DNA of 60,479 bases, counting the filler, from Basidioascus undulatus (Eukaryota): the NCBI GenBank assembly GCA_000826855.1. It is 7 parts of 7 records of this genome, joined end to end, with 100 filler letters (N's around TTAATTAATTAA, not from the genome) between each part and the next. Parts side by side here need not be neighbours in the genome. Positions count along the whole stretch, not along the records: positions 1 to 5,618 come from JTLS01001904.1; positions 5,719 to 11,335 come from JTLS01001905.1; positions 11,436 to 17,035 come from JTLS01001906.1; 4 more parts are not named here. One strand, given 5' to 3'. Position 1 is the first letter of the stretch. Every line of letters begins with the position of its first letter. Under the pieces are notes generated by a model. The model ran no database searches, was not told the DNA's origin, and worked only from the letters and a program-made list of their open reading frames with translations. Both the position numbers and the translations under genes were made by a program. This document shows, piece by piece, positions 1-12,607 of this stretch.

Positions 1-667
1 ACAATGGCAATGCCGTCTCCACTCTCCCCCCCTTCTCCCACACGACCCTCACCGTCCTCACCATCCCCCCCCCACCACCCACGGGGGGCACATCATTCCA
101 TGCCAGCATCTTCCTTTCCCCCACCTCCCTCCCCTCGCGCACGACCACCCCTTCAAAGAACGTCCCCGCGCGCTTATACCCCTCGAGCCCGAGCTGCCGC
201 GCGCGGAGCACAAAGGCGATGTGGTGCAGGGATGTGAAGCGGGGCAAGGGGGGCGTGAGGAGGTACAGCTTGGAGCCGTGGAGGGTGAGGGTGAGGGGGG
301 AGAAGTGTTCTTGCACCCGGAGGGTGCCGAGGCGCCGCGTAGAGAGCAGCAGCCGCGGGAGGGAGGCGTGGTTCAGGATTGAGTGCGCAAGCTCGGACGG
401 GAGAAGGGAGAGGAGGAGAGAGTGGATCTGGTGTGAGGTCGGTGGGGGTTGGCGGCTCGGGGGTCTGCTTAGGGGACTGAAGATGAGGTGGTCGGTGAAT
501 CATGAATTGGTAGAAGACGAGACGCACCTTGGCTGGTTGGGCTGGCTCGCAGGCTGCGTCCCTGACTTTCCGGTGCCTGCACGCCCACGCCACGCCTCCT
601 CCCTTTCCAAACTGCGCTGCTGTGCTCTCAACGGTGCTTTGATATCCTTTACCGGTGCTATCAGCAT
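1..667 (-). CDS. Hypothetical spliced gene, 3'-truncated at window edge, divergent from ROK1
   Basis: ATG at 667 (MLIAPVKDIKAPLRAQ...), GTGCGT donor near 526, then an open frame QIHSLLLSLLPSELAHSILNHASL...GTFFEG running toward the edge. No family recognised with certainty. Confidence 0.4.
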
Positions 668-858
668 GTTCCAGATGGTGGTTCTTGACATAGAGCAGCT
701 GAGCAGCCGGCGAAACAGCCATTCGCGTAGTGTGAAATGCTGACGCGCGATTCCCACGAAAGAACTTGATCGCCTTCCAGTCGCCCTTGTCCGCTGTTCT
801 CGCCCGCACCATCATCTTACCTTCCCATCCTCCTCATTTATCCAACACCCCACCTGCG

Positions 859-3047
859 ATGGACCCGTTCAAACTCCTCACCGGCGGCGGCGCGCGCTTT
901 GACCGAAAGCGATTCGCCGAGGACGTGCAGATCTTTGTCCGTCTTCTCCCAGCCCTCCTCCGCGCTTACCGCCCCTCACACTCACACTCACGGTCGTTCC
1001 AGAACAAGTCCGCCGCGCCCACTTCCGAGGCGGGCCCGAGCACCGCCGCCGCAGATGCGCTGAAGGGCGGCGCGCTGCCTAAGGAGCTCGACTTCTTTGG
1101 CGTTAGCACGAGCGGGCCGAGGGATAAGGGCAAGCGACGGGAGGACAAGAAGCGGAAGCGCGGGGACGGGGAGGGCGACGATGAGGAGGAGGAGACGCGT
1201 GAGTACGCTTTGCATTTCGGAGTAGCTCTGGCGAAGCTCACCCGGATGTCGGCGCAGACACCGCGCCCACCGCCGCCGAAGCGACCGCGCTGCGCAAGTC
1301 GCTCGGGCTGACCGTAACAGGGGACGACGTGCCCTCCCCGCTCCGCTCGATCTCCGAGCTGCGCACCGCGCTCTCCCTCCCCTCATACGCCCTCCGGAAC
1401 CTCACGCCCGCACCCTCCACCGCCACCACCTCGAGCCCGACCTTCTCCCTCACCTCCCTTACGCCCATCCAATCGCAAGCGATTCCCATCTCCTGCGCCT
1501 CGCGCGACCTCCTCGCGATCGCGCCCACCGGCAGCGGAAAGACGCTCGCCTACCTCGTGCCGCTCCTGAAGCTTCTCGAGGAGCCGCGCAAGGAAGGGTT
1601 CCGCGCGCTCGTGGTCGCCCCGACGAGGGAGCTTGCGCAGCAGATCTATAATGAGTGGAAGAAGCTGAGCTTTGGGAGGAGGTGGAGGGTGTGCGTGTTG
1701 AGCAAGGCGAGGGAGGCGAGCCTTAGGGCGGATCCGAAGCTGAGGGAGAAGTACGGTGCGTCTGCCGGGGACGGATTGTGAGGTCCTGGGAGGCAAAGAC
1801 TGATCAGAGGGACGGCGAACAGATATCCTCATCACCACCCCTCTCCGACTCGTGCACGCCATCGAGTCCGAAGAAGTGGACCTCTCCTCGTGCGCCCCCT
1901 CCCGCTCCATCCATCCGCGCGTTCCCCCGCACTCACCCGCCCCCTACCACAGCGTGAAGCACCTCATCCTGGATGAAGCGGACAAGCTCCTGGACCTGGG
2001 CTTCCTCCCCCAACTGGACACGATCCTCTCCTCCCTCCCTCACCCGTCCCTCCGGAAGTCCCTCTTCTCCGCCACCCTTCCCTCCTCCGTCGAGTCCATC
2101 GCCTCCTCCATCCTGCGCTCCCACATCCGCATCATCGTGGGCCTCAAAGACTCTGCAACCTCCACGATCTCCCAATCCCTCGTCTACGTAGGGTCGGAGG
2201 ACGGGAAGCTCCTGGCCCTCCGGCAGCTCGCGCAGGAGGGCGGGCTGAAGCCCCCCGCGCTGCTGTTCGTGCAGAGCATCGAGCGCGCGAAGGAGCTGTT
2301 CAATGAGCTCGTGTACGATGGGATTCGCGTGGACGTGATTCATGGGGAGCGCACGAAGGCGCAGAGGGACGAGGTGGTGAGACGGTTTAGGGAGGGCGAG
2401 GTGTGGGTGCTGATTGCGACGGAGTTGATGGCGAGAGGTATCGACTTCAAGGGGGTGCGTTGCGCTATCGTTCTGCTCTTGCTGTACTCTTTCGAGGAGC
2501 TGATGGTACTTACCTGAACAGGTCAACCTCGTCATCAACTACGACTTCCCCCAATCCTCCGCATCCTACATCCACCGCATCGGTGCGCCCGCTCCTCCCC
2601 TCCCCCCAAACCCTCTCTCTCACCTCCTCCCCTCTCCAGGTCGTACCGGCCGCGCCGGCCGCACGGGCCGCGCACTCACGTACTTCACGCTAACCGACGC
2701 GCCCTATCTCAAACAGTTTGTCCCCTCGCTCCCCTCCCCTTTCCCATCTCCCCTTCCCCCGCTCACTCACGCCTTCCCCCAACCCCAACCCCTGTAGGGT
2801 GGTGAACGTCCTCCGCTCCTCCGGCTGCCCCGTCCCCCAATGGATGCTCGACCTCCGCAACCCGAACGCGAATGAGAAGAAGCGCCTCAAGCGCGCGCCG
2901 CCGAAGCGCACGGACGTGCGCGTCGCGGCGGGGAGTGGAGTGGGCCGCAGGGAGGCACGCAGGAGGAAGGAGATGGTTGAGGGTAGTAAGAGGAGGAAAG
3001 AGAGGGAGGGGAAGGGGAAGGCGGAGAAGGCGGAGGGGGAGGAGTGA
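859..3047 (+). CDS. ROK1: ATP-dependent DEAD-box RNA helicase ROK1/DDX52 (multi-exon)
   Basis: N-terminus [20 protein letters not shown]-motif [51 protein letters not shown] across canonical introns; basic C-terminal tail. Confidence 0.93.
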
Positions 3048-3357
3048 GGGGGGAGAGGTGGAGAGGGAGGGATGCAGGAGGGTTTGATGGAGTTGTCTGC
3101 TGGGACTCGTCGTTTCTGGGACTCGTCATTTCTGGGACTCGACAGGCGAGCATGGGTGAGCTCCGGCTTGGTGAAGGGGAGCAAGCCGCGAGCGAGACGG
3201 CTGTGACCGGTCTCTCAAGTTACTTCGTGGTTCGGTCCTGAGAGTTTACGGCTCGTACTCGACACACTTCGGTCTGCGACAGAAAAGGAATCTCTTGAAT
3301 GCAATAGCGAAGGACGCCGCGGCATCTGCAAACACCGTCAGGGCACGGAAGGATTTT

Positions 3358-4824
3358 TCAGGTCGGAGTGGAGCGATTTGGCTTGCGAGGAGACACCTCA
3401 GAGCCCCCCGAAATCCTCCGACTCCCCCTTCTAGAATGTACGGAATTACGGAGGTCCAAAAGTTCGTAGGGTAAGGACACGCACAGGAACGTGTCGGCTT
3501 CCTGCCTGAACACCTCGCCGAGGCCTCCGTTGGTCCTTACAACCATGCCCACCACTGAGGGTTCTGGAGGAGAGATAAGCAAAGATAGGCCAAGATAAGC
3601 CGGAGAATCCTTACAGTATGTATGTACTGTGCCATGGTGATCGGCGGCGACGACATTATTATGTACCGGCAACCCCACATCGAAAATATCGCAAAATTGA
3701 AACTTGCCTGCCTGCGCCGCCTCACCCACCCACCGTCGCCTTCCTTCTCTGTCTGTTGCTTTCGTCTCTCTCCCATCTCACGGACGTCCTCGGAGTGCTC
3801 TCTTTATCACGGGCATGGTGGAAAACGCGCAGTCTCTCCGTCGAGACGCACGTCCGACCTGGAGGAAGTCCACGCGCTGGGATGGCAGCAGCGCGGTTCG
3901 AGTCCGCTAGAAGCACCTGGCCTGGGCAAGAAGGAGGATTTACCGCCTTCCCTACCTGACGAGAAGGGCGAGACTCTTGAGGATGACCACTTGCGGGTGG
4001 GTGCTCGTCAGCGACGAAGGATTCCAAATGTGCGTCTTCGCGTCCCAGTCTTTCCACACGTCGCAGCTGACGAAAGCCTTGAGAAACAGACCGCGGCGGT
4101 AAAGGATACTGGCGGCGTTCATATTCATTTGGTTTGAAGGTACGCTGGGCGTCTAGGGGGTGATGCAAGAGAGCGACTCTCCGTAGGCGGATGCGTCGCA
4201 TGCGATGCAACGAGCTGAACGTGGTTATTGAAGCGGAAGGCGAACGGCTCGTCATCGAAACCGAAGTCGTCATCGGACGGAGGGCATTCGATCTCGATGT
4301 GACCGGGTCTGGTTCAAGACCATTCAAGAGAATGCGGAGGCGGTTGTTGCTTGGGTTGGTCAACCCACTCTTGAGCGTGCGTGACAAGCGGATGCGGCGC
4401 AAGCTCCAGCTCGTCCTCTTACGCGAGCCGCCGAAACGACGGGAAGCGGTGGACCTCGCAACTCTAGCTCCTGGTTGTCGAAAGATCAGCACCCAGATAT
4501 ACTTGGGGGAACAGATATCTCACCGATGTACGGTCGGCCGTGCAAGCCACGCAGCACTCGCACTCTTCCACCCCCCACAGTCCGAGCTCCCCAGCGCGCT
4601 CCACCACAGCGCGAGCCGTCCAGCTGCAGTGCGCGTGTTACCGAAAGCGGTCGGGACGCCAAATCCTTGGCTGTGCAGCCGTTCGACGAAAAAGGACTCG
4701 GAGCAAATGTCGCGCAGGCACTTGCACGTCTGCGACAAGGCGACGCATGACGCGAGTGTGGGAAGCTCGTTGCGGATCGAGACGAGAAGCTCGAAAGGGA
4801 GGATATGAGCGATGATCGAGACAT
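3358..4824 (-). pseudogene. Degenerate F-box protein gene (3' end approximate)
   Basis: F-box-like LPFELLVSIRNELPTLASCVALSQTCKCLRDIC lies one base out of frame with the ATG at 4824; the most protein-like downstream frame carries stops (e.g. 4314-4316). Confidence 0.55.
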
Positions 4825-5540
4825 TAGTGTTGAGCGAAGAGCGAGCGCGAAAATGAGGATGTGAAGCCAGGTGAGTGTTGCAAGCCGTGGGCGTATGGTT
4901 ATACAAGGCGATGCGACGACGAGTGGAAGAAGACAAGCCGCGAACGGGGAAAGAGCCAGCGGACACCGAATGTGTGCTCCTCGCAGATCCAAGCATCGTC
5001 GCTGCCATGTCTCGACTCACACCGAGCGCGCCTAGGTAGCGAAAGCATGTCGGGTAGTAACATCTCGACTGAAAGCGCAAAAGTCAGCCATCACACCCCG
5101 TTGATCTTCGCGCACCCAATTCGCCATTCATTCCGGCAAACCCACACAACCTCCTTCGTAAAATGCAGTGTGTGATATATGCACGGACGCGCGAACGGAC
5201 TAAGCAGAACAGTAACCGCAGCAGGAGGACTACGTAGTAGAAGCGTAAAGCGTAAAGCGAGCGCATACGGGACTAAAGACGCAAGCGACTGGAAGGAGAA
5301 GAGGGAGGGAGGCGCGAGACGAGGCACGAAGCGGTGGTGTAGCGGTGTAAATGTAGATGCGGTAGCGGTAGCAGCGGGGGTCGGGATGGTGAAGCGCGGG
5401 TGGGACAGGAGAGTAGGGGAGATAGGGGGGTTGAGAGGGGAGCGTGCGCGAGAAGGGGGATGGGCGAGGCAGGAGGAATATGTGGGGAGAGGTGGGGGAT
5501 GGGCAGATATAAGACAAGAAGGGTGAAGACGGAGCAGAAC

Positions 5541-5576
5541 CGAGTGCGAGTGCGAGTGCGAGTGCGAGTGCGAGTG
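5541..5576 (+). repeat. (CGAGTG)6 microsatellite
   Basis: Six perfect copies read directly. Confidence 0.95.
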
Positions 5577-5618
5577 CGACGAGACAGGAACGGCAGAGGG
5601 CGCACTAGCTCAGCCCAA

Positions 5619-5718
5619 NNNNNNNNNNNNNNNNNNNNNNNNNNNNNNNNNNNNNNNNNNNNTTAATTAATTAANNNNNNNNNNNNNNNNNNNNNNNNNN
5701 NNNNNNNNNNNNNNNNNN
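5619..5718. other. Artificial contig spacer
   Basis: 100 nt of N with a central TTAATTAATTAA (stops in all six frames). Confidence 0.97.
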
Positions 5719-8700
5719 GCACCTCCTGCACCACATCACCTCCTCCTCCTCCTCCCCCACCAGCCAATCAGCTTGGGGCTTCACCTCCCGCTACGTCTGG
5801 AACACGCACCTCCTCAGCCCCGCGTTCGGCGACGGCTCGTGCGGGCGCAGCAGTTGGGTCTTGCCCATCGTGCATGGGTTCGTGGACCAAAGCAGTGCGT
5901 AGAGCTTCCCACCCCCACTCGCCAATCTGTGGTAATTATGTGACACCCTGGAGGACCGGACAGAGCTCGTCGTCTTTGGGCGGACAGTCTACGTGACGCT
6001 CATCGCCCGGCGATCGCGCCACTTCGCCGGGGCGCGGTACCTCAAGCGGGGTGTGAACGAGCATGTGCGTCTCTTCCTCCATTCGCATTCTCCCTCCATT
6101 TTCCTACCCCGGACGATGATGCATGGGTCGACGAGCAGGGCCACGTCGCGAACGAAGTCGAGACGGAGCAGATCGTCTCGGAGGCGCTCACGACGCCGTT
6201 CCACGCCGGCGCGGCGCGCCCGTCGCCAAGGTACACGTCGTACTTGCAGTACAGGGGCTCGATTCCGGTTTTCTGGTCGCAGGTCTGCCCACTTTCTTTT
6301 ATCTGACCCTCCGTCGTTTGCATACTGACGCATGCTGCCTGGCGGGTTGGGAGGACAGGATCCGCAAATGAATTTGAAGCCTATGATTGATAGTGCGTTG
6401 TTTTGGAGGGAAGAGGCGGAGTGAATGCTGATCCACGGGATAATGACATGACGACAGTCGCCCCAGTCGACCCGTTCTTCTCTGCCGCCGCCGTGCACTT
6501 CAACGACCTCTTTGCGCGGTACGGCGCGCCCGTGTTTGTTCTGAACCTCATAAAGGTGAGCGTTACGTCCTCCTTTCCTGTAGACACGGTGACGCTAACG
6601 GGGCGGCCCCCACCCGCAGTCCAAAGAGCGCGTCCCGCGCGAGAGCAAGCTCCTGCACGAGTTCAACGAGTGCATCGCGTACCTCAACCAGTTCCTCCCG
6701 GACGAGCACAAGCTGCGGTATATCGCGTGGGACATGAGCAAGGCTGCGAAGGGGTGCGTCGTCGTCCCCGCCCTCCCGTTTCCCCACCCTACCCTCCTCC
6801 TGGGTGTTGACGAAGCGGGGGAACGCGGTGCAGTGACCAAGATGTCATCAGCGTGCTGGAAGATATCGCGGAGGAGAGTCTCGAGACGACGGGGTTCTTC
6901 CACTCGGGAAGGGCACCCGCGTCACACTCGCTGGCTGGAGAGCTTTCGGGCGGGTGCGTCAGACTCGAGAGGGGTACTGGCTGAGGAGCCTCTACTGATG
7001 CCCGTTTCCCTCGGCACAAAGCAGGTCTGCCGCTGAGCCAAGAAACACGATCCTCCTCCAGCGCGGGATCCTCCGCACGAACTGGTCCGTCCCAGGCCCC
7101 CAGCCCCGCGCCTGTTCGTACAGCGTTGACTGACTGACCTTTGGGGAGGTAGTGTTGACTGCCTCGACCGCACCAACGCCGCGCAGTTCGTGATCGGGAA
7201 AGCCGCGTTCGGGCACCAGCTACACGCGCTCGGCATCATCGCCCACCCGCGCTTGATGTTCGACTCGGACGCGGTCAACATGCTCACGGAGATGTACCAC
7301 GACCATGGCGACAGTGCGTTCGGGGTGGCTTCCCCCCCTCCCGCTCTTGCGCCCCCCCAAGCGCATGGGGACTGAGCTTACGTGGGGGGTGCGCGGTGGG
7401 AACAGCCATCGCGCTGCAGTACGGCGGGAGCGCACTCGTCAATCGCGTCGAGACGTATCGGAAGATTGGGCAGTGGAATAGGTGAGATGGCTTTTGGTTG
7501 GTCTGTTTTATCGGGGAACCCTTGCGCTGACGCCGCCGCCATCCGCAGTCATTCGCGGGACATGGTGGAGAACATCAGGCGGTATTACGCCAACTCGCTT
7601 CTCGGTGCGCGCCCTTCCGCTGCCATCTCTCTTGCCTAGCGCTGACATCAACCCTCTCTCGCGTCTTCCCTCTACCCATAGACGCGGACAAGCAAGCCGC
7701 GATCGACCTCTTTCTCGGCGCGGACCCGCCCAAGCGCGCGATCACGCACACCCAAGCCCCGCCCTGCCGCTACCGCAACTGGTTCGACCCTGCGCACCTC
7801 GTGCAGGCGCCGACGGTCGAGGAGGCGCAGCGCAGGATGGAGCAGGTCGCCAGCCAGGGGGCCGGGTACTGGCTGGTGCGTTGCCGTGTCGGCTCGTCTC
7901 AGGAGGAGGGAGAGATGGCGGCGTACTGAACTCAGTGTGTGGGATGGGAAGACGTACTACCGCCCGAGGTTGTTCACGAGCTTGGGCAGACACTTTGCGG
8001 GGACGATGAACAGCACCGTTAAGTACCTTCCGTGCGTTGAACAAGTGGGCTTTTGCGTTGTGTGTGACTGCGCTGATTGTCTCTGTACCTCGACAGCAAG
8101 GGACCGAAGGAAAGGCTCGACTTGAGTCCGTTCCGCCCTCGCCTGTCTTTGCCGCAGATGCCGATCAAGTGCGCCCCGGACAAATCCCGCATTCTCTCAT
8201 TCGGTAAACCTCCCCGGCAGTGCTAACAGATCCGGCCATGTCACTTCCGGCAGACCGTTCGCACCCGTGAAGCGCTGGATGAGCCTGCAAGGCCGGTCCT
8301 CGCGCTCCTCGCGCAAGAGCAAGCTCGAGGCGGTGTCGGACACGGGGCGCGAGGGCGAAGACGGCAACATGTCCGAGAGCGGCGCCGCAGGCGGCGCCCC
8401 CTCCATGGAGAAGCTCGTCCAGGCTCTGCTTGACCCGAAGGTGGACGAGGAGGAGATGAGGGAGTACGAGTGGCGCGTCCTTTCTCACGCTCTGCATGCC
8501 AGCAACGCAAGTACTGAACGGGCGGGTCGTTCGGGAGGAGAATAGGTACCTGGACCAAGACCAGTTCACCGCGCTCGGCGACGGGCACGGCGCGAACCAG
8601 CACGCGACGTCCGCGGTCGACCTGGACTTGTACGAGGCGGCCGTCGACGTCGGCGAGCGCCTGGCGGCGCCGGACCCGCATCCTGACCCCATCTACGTAC

Positions 8701-8801
8701 ACTACGTCGCGAGCGTCGCGCACCCGCCTGGAGAGCGCAGACCCGCGCTGGAGGCTTATGTTGGGGGGAGGTCGGGAGTGGGGGTGGGAGTGGGAGATTA
8801 G
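5719..8801 (+). CDS. FIG4: SAC-domain polyphosphoinositide phosphatase FIG4 (5'-truncated, multi-exon)
   Basis: [57 protein letters not shown], catalytic [30 protein letters not shown]. Confidence 0.93.
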
Positions 8802-9181
8802 TTGATGTCTGACGTTTTTGAAGGTCTTTTGTGGAACGCGAGCGATGACAGCGGGCGTTGTAGAGAGAGTTGAGGGCTGCGTAGGGCGTCCGTCCCGCAT
8901 GACAGCGCTTCGACGTGCCAGCAAAAGGCACAGGGACGACGTTCGGGAGTCAGGAAGACCCCGAAGCAGAACAGTGTGAAGGCTGACGCCGGTGAATTGT
9001 CGAGCGCAACTCGAGTATCAGATAGTGTGACAGCGTCAGCCATCAGCGGGGTCAGAAAGACGGGGTAAAACGCGATGTGGGTGTTGAGCAGACGAGACTT
9101 CAGCCTGCTGTGAGGGTAACGCAAGTGATCCACAGACCATTGACCCAATCATCTCATGCGATAATGTGCATGCAGCAAAGG

Positions 9182-9912
9182 TCATGGATCCAGCATGCGA
9201 GCGTCCGCCTGGTCCAGCTCGATGACTTCCTGCATCGCGTTCAGGACCTGCCATCGAAGGGATGTCAGCCTCACCGCACGCTACGTACTTGCGTACGAAC
9301 CACCTTACCGTCTCGATGTTCTCCTGTACCCGCTCCTGCTTCTGCACCAGCAGCTGCTCCTTCCTGTTCGTCGGCGTGCAGATGACCGTCAGCGTCCTCC
9401 GCTCTCATCCGGAAACGATACAGGGCGCGCACTTCTCCAGTAACTCTTTCTTCTTCCTGATGAACCTCAACGCATGTTCCAGCGTCAAAGGCACATGGAA
9501 ACCTCCCAACCCAAGCGAGATGGTGACCATGCTCGTGTCCGGTCTGAGGCCCTTCTTCCATCAGCCCGTCGTCTCGTCGCAGGGAAAGCAGGAGCGACGC
9601 ACATTCTCGCATTGACCAGGAACCCATGCCCCAGATCCATCATGACCTCAAGGTTCTCATCCGCCGTAGCCTTCCCTCGCTGCTCCTGCCGCGCCTTCAT
9701 GGCCCTCAGCTGCTCCGCCAGCTTCCGGCTTCTCCCATCAGGTCAACGCCATCGCTCGCGGAATGCGTATGAGAACGCGCTTACTACTCGGCCAGCTCCA
9801 GCTGCAGAGTCGCATGCACCTCTCCCAGCTTCGCCAGGTCCGGCCGAAGCCGGTCGTCCAGGAAAGACTGGAAGCGTGCGAGTTTGGCTGGGACGGGAAG
9901 CGAGGTGATCAT
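9182..9912 (-). CDS. UXT: Prefoldin alpha-like protein, UXT-like (multi-exon)
   Basis: FQSFLDDRLRPDLAKL...LEVMMDLGHGFLVNARIPDTSMVTISLGLGGFHVPLTLEHALRFIRKKKELL: coiled coil, double beta-hairpin, coiled coil. Confidence 0.75.
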
Positions 9913-9997
9913 GGTGAGCGACCAAGGCCGCGCCGTTCGCGCCGAGGACGCGTCTTCGCCGATCTCTCTTGACACTTGACCGCATCCTTCGAGCTGA

Positions 9998-10795
9998 ATG
10001 GCTTCCCTACTCGGCCGCCTATGCGGCACTCCTCCTCGGCTCGAATCTCGCGAGCCCATCCCAAACTGCGTATTCTGCAACGCAAGCGCGGAGAACGGCT
10101 TCAAGATCGTCCTCGAGGTCCAACCAGCTCTCGCCTCCTCACAGGAATCGCACTGACCCCTATCATTCGATCGCGCTCGTTCAGACACCTCGCTTGATTG
10201 CATTTCACGATCGATCACCGGCAGCTTCCACTCATGTGCTAGTTATACCGCGCGAGCATATCCGGAGCGTGAAGGCGCTCAACGAGGGTGACATCCCGCT
10301 GGGTGAGATGGCGTCCATCATGTCGCTGTTTGCGCAAATGTTCTGAGTCGGGAGATGGGTGCAACCCTAGTCAAGGAGATGGAGTACCTGGGGAGGGGCA
10401 TCCTGAAAGACTTGGGATATGGAGCCGATTTCCAGCGGTGCGTGCGCCGGAGTTGGACGTCGTACGCGTGTTTAGCGCTCACCTCAAAGATATCTCCTCT
10501 TCCAGACTAGGATTCCATATCCCACCGTTCTACAGGTAGACCGATATCAGCAGGAATGGGCGCACGGCGAGCTCGAGCTTACCCGCACTGCCACTCATCC
10601 TGCAGCGTTGACCACCTTCACATGCATGTCCTCGGGCTGCCATTCAAGTCGACCATGTACGGGCTCAAGTACACGCCTGCAGAGGCACCGTCGTCCCATA
10701 CCGAGTATGCAAAGGGGTGGAGGTGGTTTGTCGACGTGGCGCAGGTCTACAAGATCCTCGAGCGCGGCGCGCAGGTCAAGGTCGGGGCGTGCTGA
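9998..10795 (+). CDS. HIT-family nucleotide hydrolase (HINT3-like, multi-exon)
   Basis: CVFC, AFHDRSPAASTHVLVIPREHI, LGFHIPPFYSVDHLHMHVLG histidine triad. Confidence 0.9.
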
Positions 10796-10839
10796 GTTGT
10801 TGTACATTCTTACAGTTCTGTTGCTCTTGTTTTGCATGA

Positions 10840-11335
10840 TACCCTATTCTCAAAACATACAATCTGATACAATTTGCATAGCATGTTTGGAGTGTTGTGT
10901 TTTACGATGAACACTTGCCCAATTACCGCCTGCCTTGCCATCACTTGTGCTTGGATGCAATCATTTACATGACCTTTTCAGCTAACATTGACTGATGCTT
11001 GATGTCATGAATACCCTCCCTCCCTTCACCAAGGACATCTACACCCTCCCCTACCTCTCCCTATTGTCACCTTCCTTTGTCCTATCATCCTCCTGTCCAC
11101 CTCCTCGCCTTCCTTTGTCCCTTCCAACAAGCTATTGTCCTCCTGGCCTCCCTTTGTCTCCTCCCTCTACTCTCCACAGTATAAGAACCCCCCTCCCTTC
11201 TTCCCCTGTCCCTCATCCGGTCTTGTTCTCTCCTACCCTCCCCTTAGCCTTGTCCTCTACTCCTTGCCCTTTCTTCATCCATCTTGCATCTTGACACCAA
11301 CCCTGCTGGTAGTCCCCGCTGCGGTCTGTCTTACC
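10840..11335 (+). mobile_element. Possible decayed repeat/LINE 3' relic
   Basis: Abruptly CpG-poor, then a pyrimidine-rich tail; Cys/His-rich remnant and ...LPPFTK loosely resemble non-LTR element C-termini. Weak. Confidence 0.25.
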
Positions 11336-11435
11336 NNNNNNNNNNNNNNNNNNNNNNNNNNNNNNNNNNNNNNNNNNNNTTAATTAATTAANNNNNNNNN
11401 NNNNNNNNNNNNNNNNNNNNNNNNNNNNNNNNNNN
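11336..11435. other. Artificial contig spacer
   Basis: N-run with TTAATTAATTAA. Confidence 0.97.
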
Positions 11436-11904
11436 GCAAGGGGAGGGCGGGGATGGAGAAGATGGCGGTGCGAGAGCGAGAGCAAGACAAGGCGCGAAGG
11501 CTCGACGAGGGTCCTGGCCAATCACCTCGGGCGACTTTAAAGCTCACTCCATCCGCTCGCCCTCTCTTGTTTCCCAACCTCATTCTGTACTGCCGTAGAA
11601 TTGACATTTCATAACAGACAATCGATTAGATTATCCAGTTTATCTTGTGTTTTTCTCAATTGAAGTCGGCGCGATCCCTCACTCCCCTGCCGTCTGAAGC
11701 CGACCTCGGCCGATCGCCGACGTCTTCCTCTCCTCGCTGCATTTCAACGACATACTACTGCATGCTGGGAAAGCTCGTTTCAGCTCAACAGTCGGACATA
11801 AAACGGATTACACATTATTAAATTGTTCATGCCGAAGCATATTGACATTGCTCATGGTCACCACTTCGTTCTGCCTCAAATGACTGCCACGGTCCCTCCA
11901 ATTT

Positions 11905-12607
11905 TCACAGGACAACCTCCGGACCCATCCACTGCGGCACCACTTCCTCAACAGCCCCCACCTTCCCCTCCAGACTAACTTTCACCCTCACCTCAACCAC
12001 CTCCTCCCCGATCTTCCTATTGGCAACCTCGACCGTCCACCTCCGGCCCCAATTCCGAGGTCAGCCTGCCCGTTACCCCTCGCTTTCTCTTCCACATATA
12101 TCACTCACTTGTCATCCACCAAAACGTTCCCCCTCCTCACAGTCGATCTCTTTCCTTTCTCCGCACCCGGCAGCCCCTCCAAACGCATCCCAATCCTCCA
12201 GCACTCCCACGCCTTCCTCGCCCCTTCCCTCACACACGACTCGACACCGAACGCCACCCCATCAGGCAACAGACACCTCACTGCCAGCCCGCCTGTGTGG
12301 CGGACCTCGCGGGAGGGGGCCGGGACGAATATGAGCGTGAGGGGCACGGGGCGGACGGGGTGCATATCGGAGGCGCTGAGCTCTGCGTAAAGTGCTGTGA
12401 TAGGTTAATTGCAGGAGGAAACATGCGGGGCAAAGACGCACTCTCTGATGGGATCCAAGCCGTGTGGGGGGATGCGCCGGAAACGGTGACAGTCTTGATC
12501 TTCTGAAGCGAGGGGATTGCCTGGCTGGGTATCGCTTGCTTCGGCGCCTGCTTGCGCCTGAAGAAGCGTTTCTTCTCGGGAGGGGGAGAAGCGACCGCGG
12601 CGGACAT
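11905..12607 (-). CDS. Hypothetical protein (3 exons)
   Basis: MSAAVASPPPEKKRFF...WIPSE | LYAELSASDMHPVRPVPLTLIF...VLVDDK | WTVEVANRKIGEEVVEVRVKV...VVL*, joined by GTGCGT..CAG and GTGAGT..GAG introns. Confidence 0.55.
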
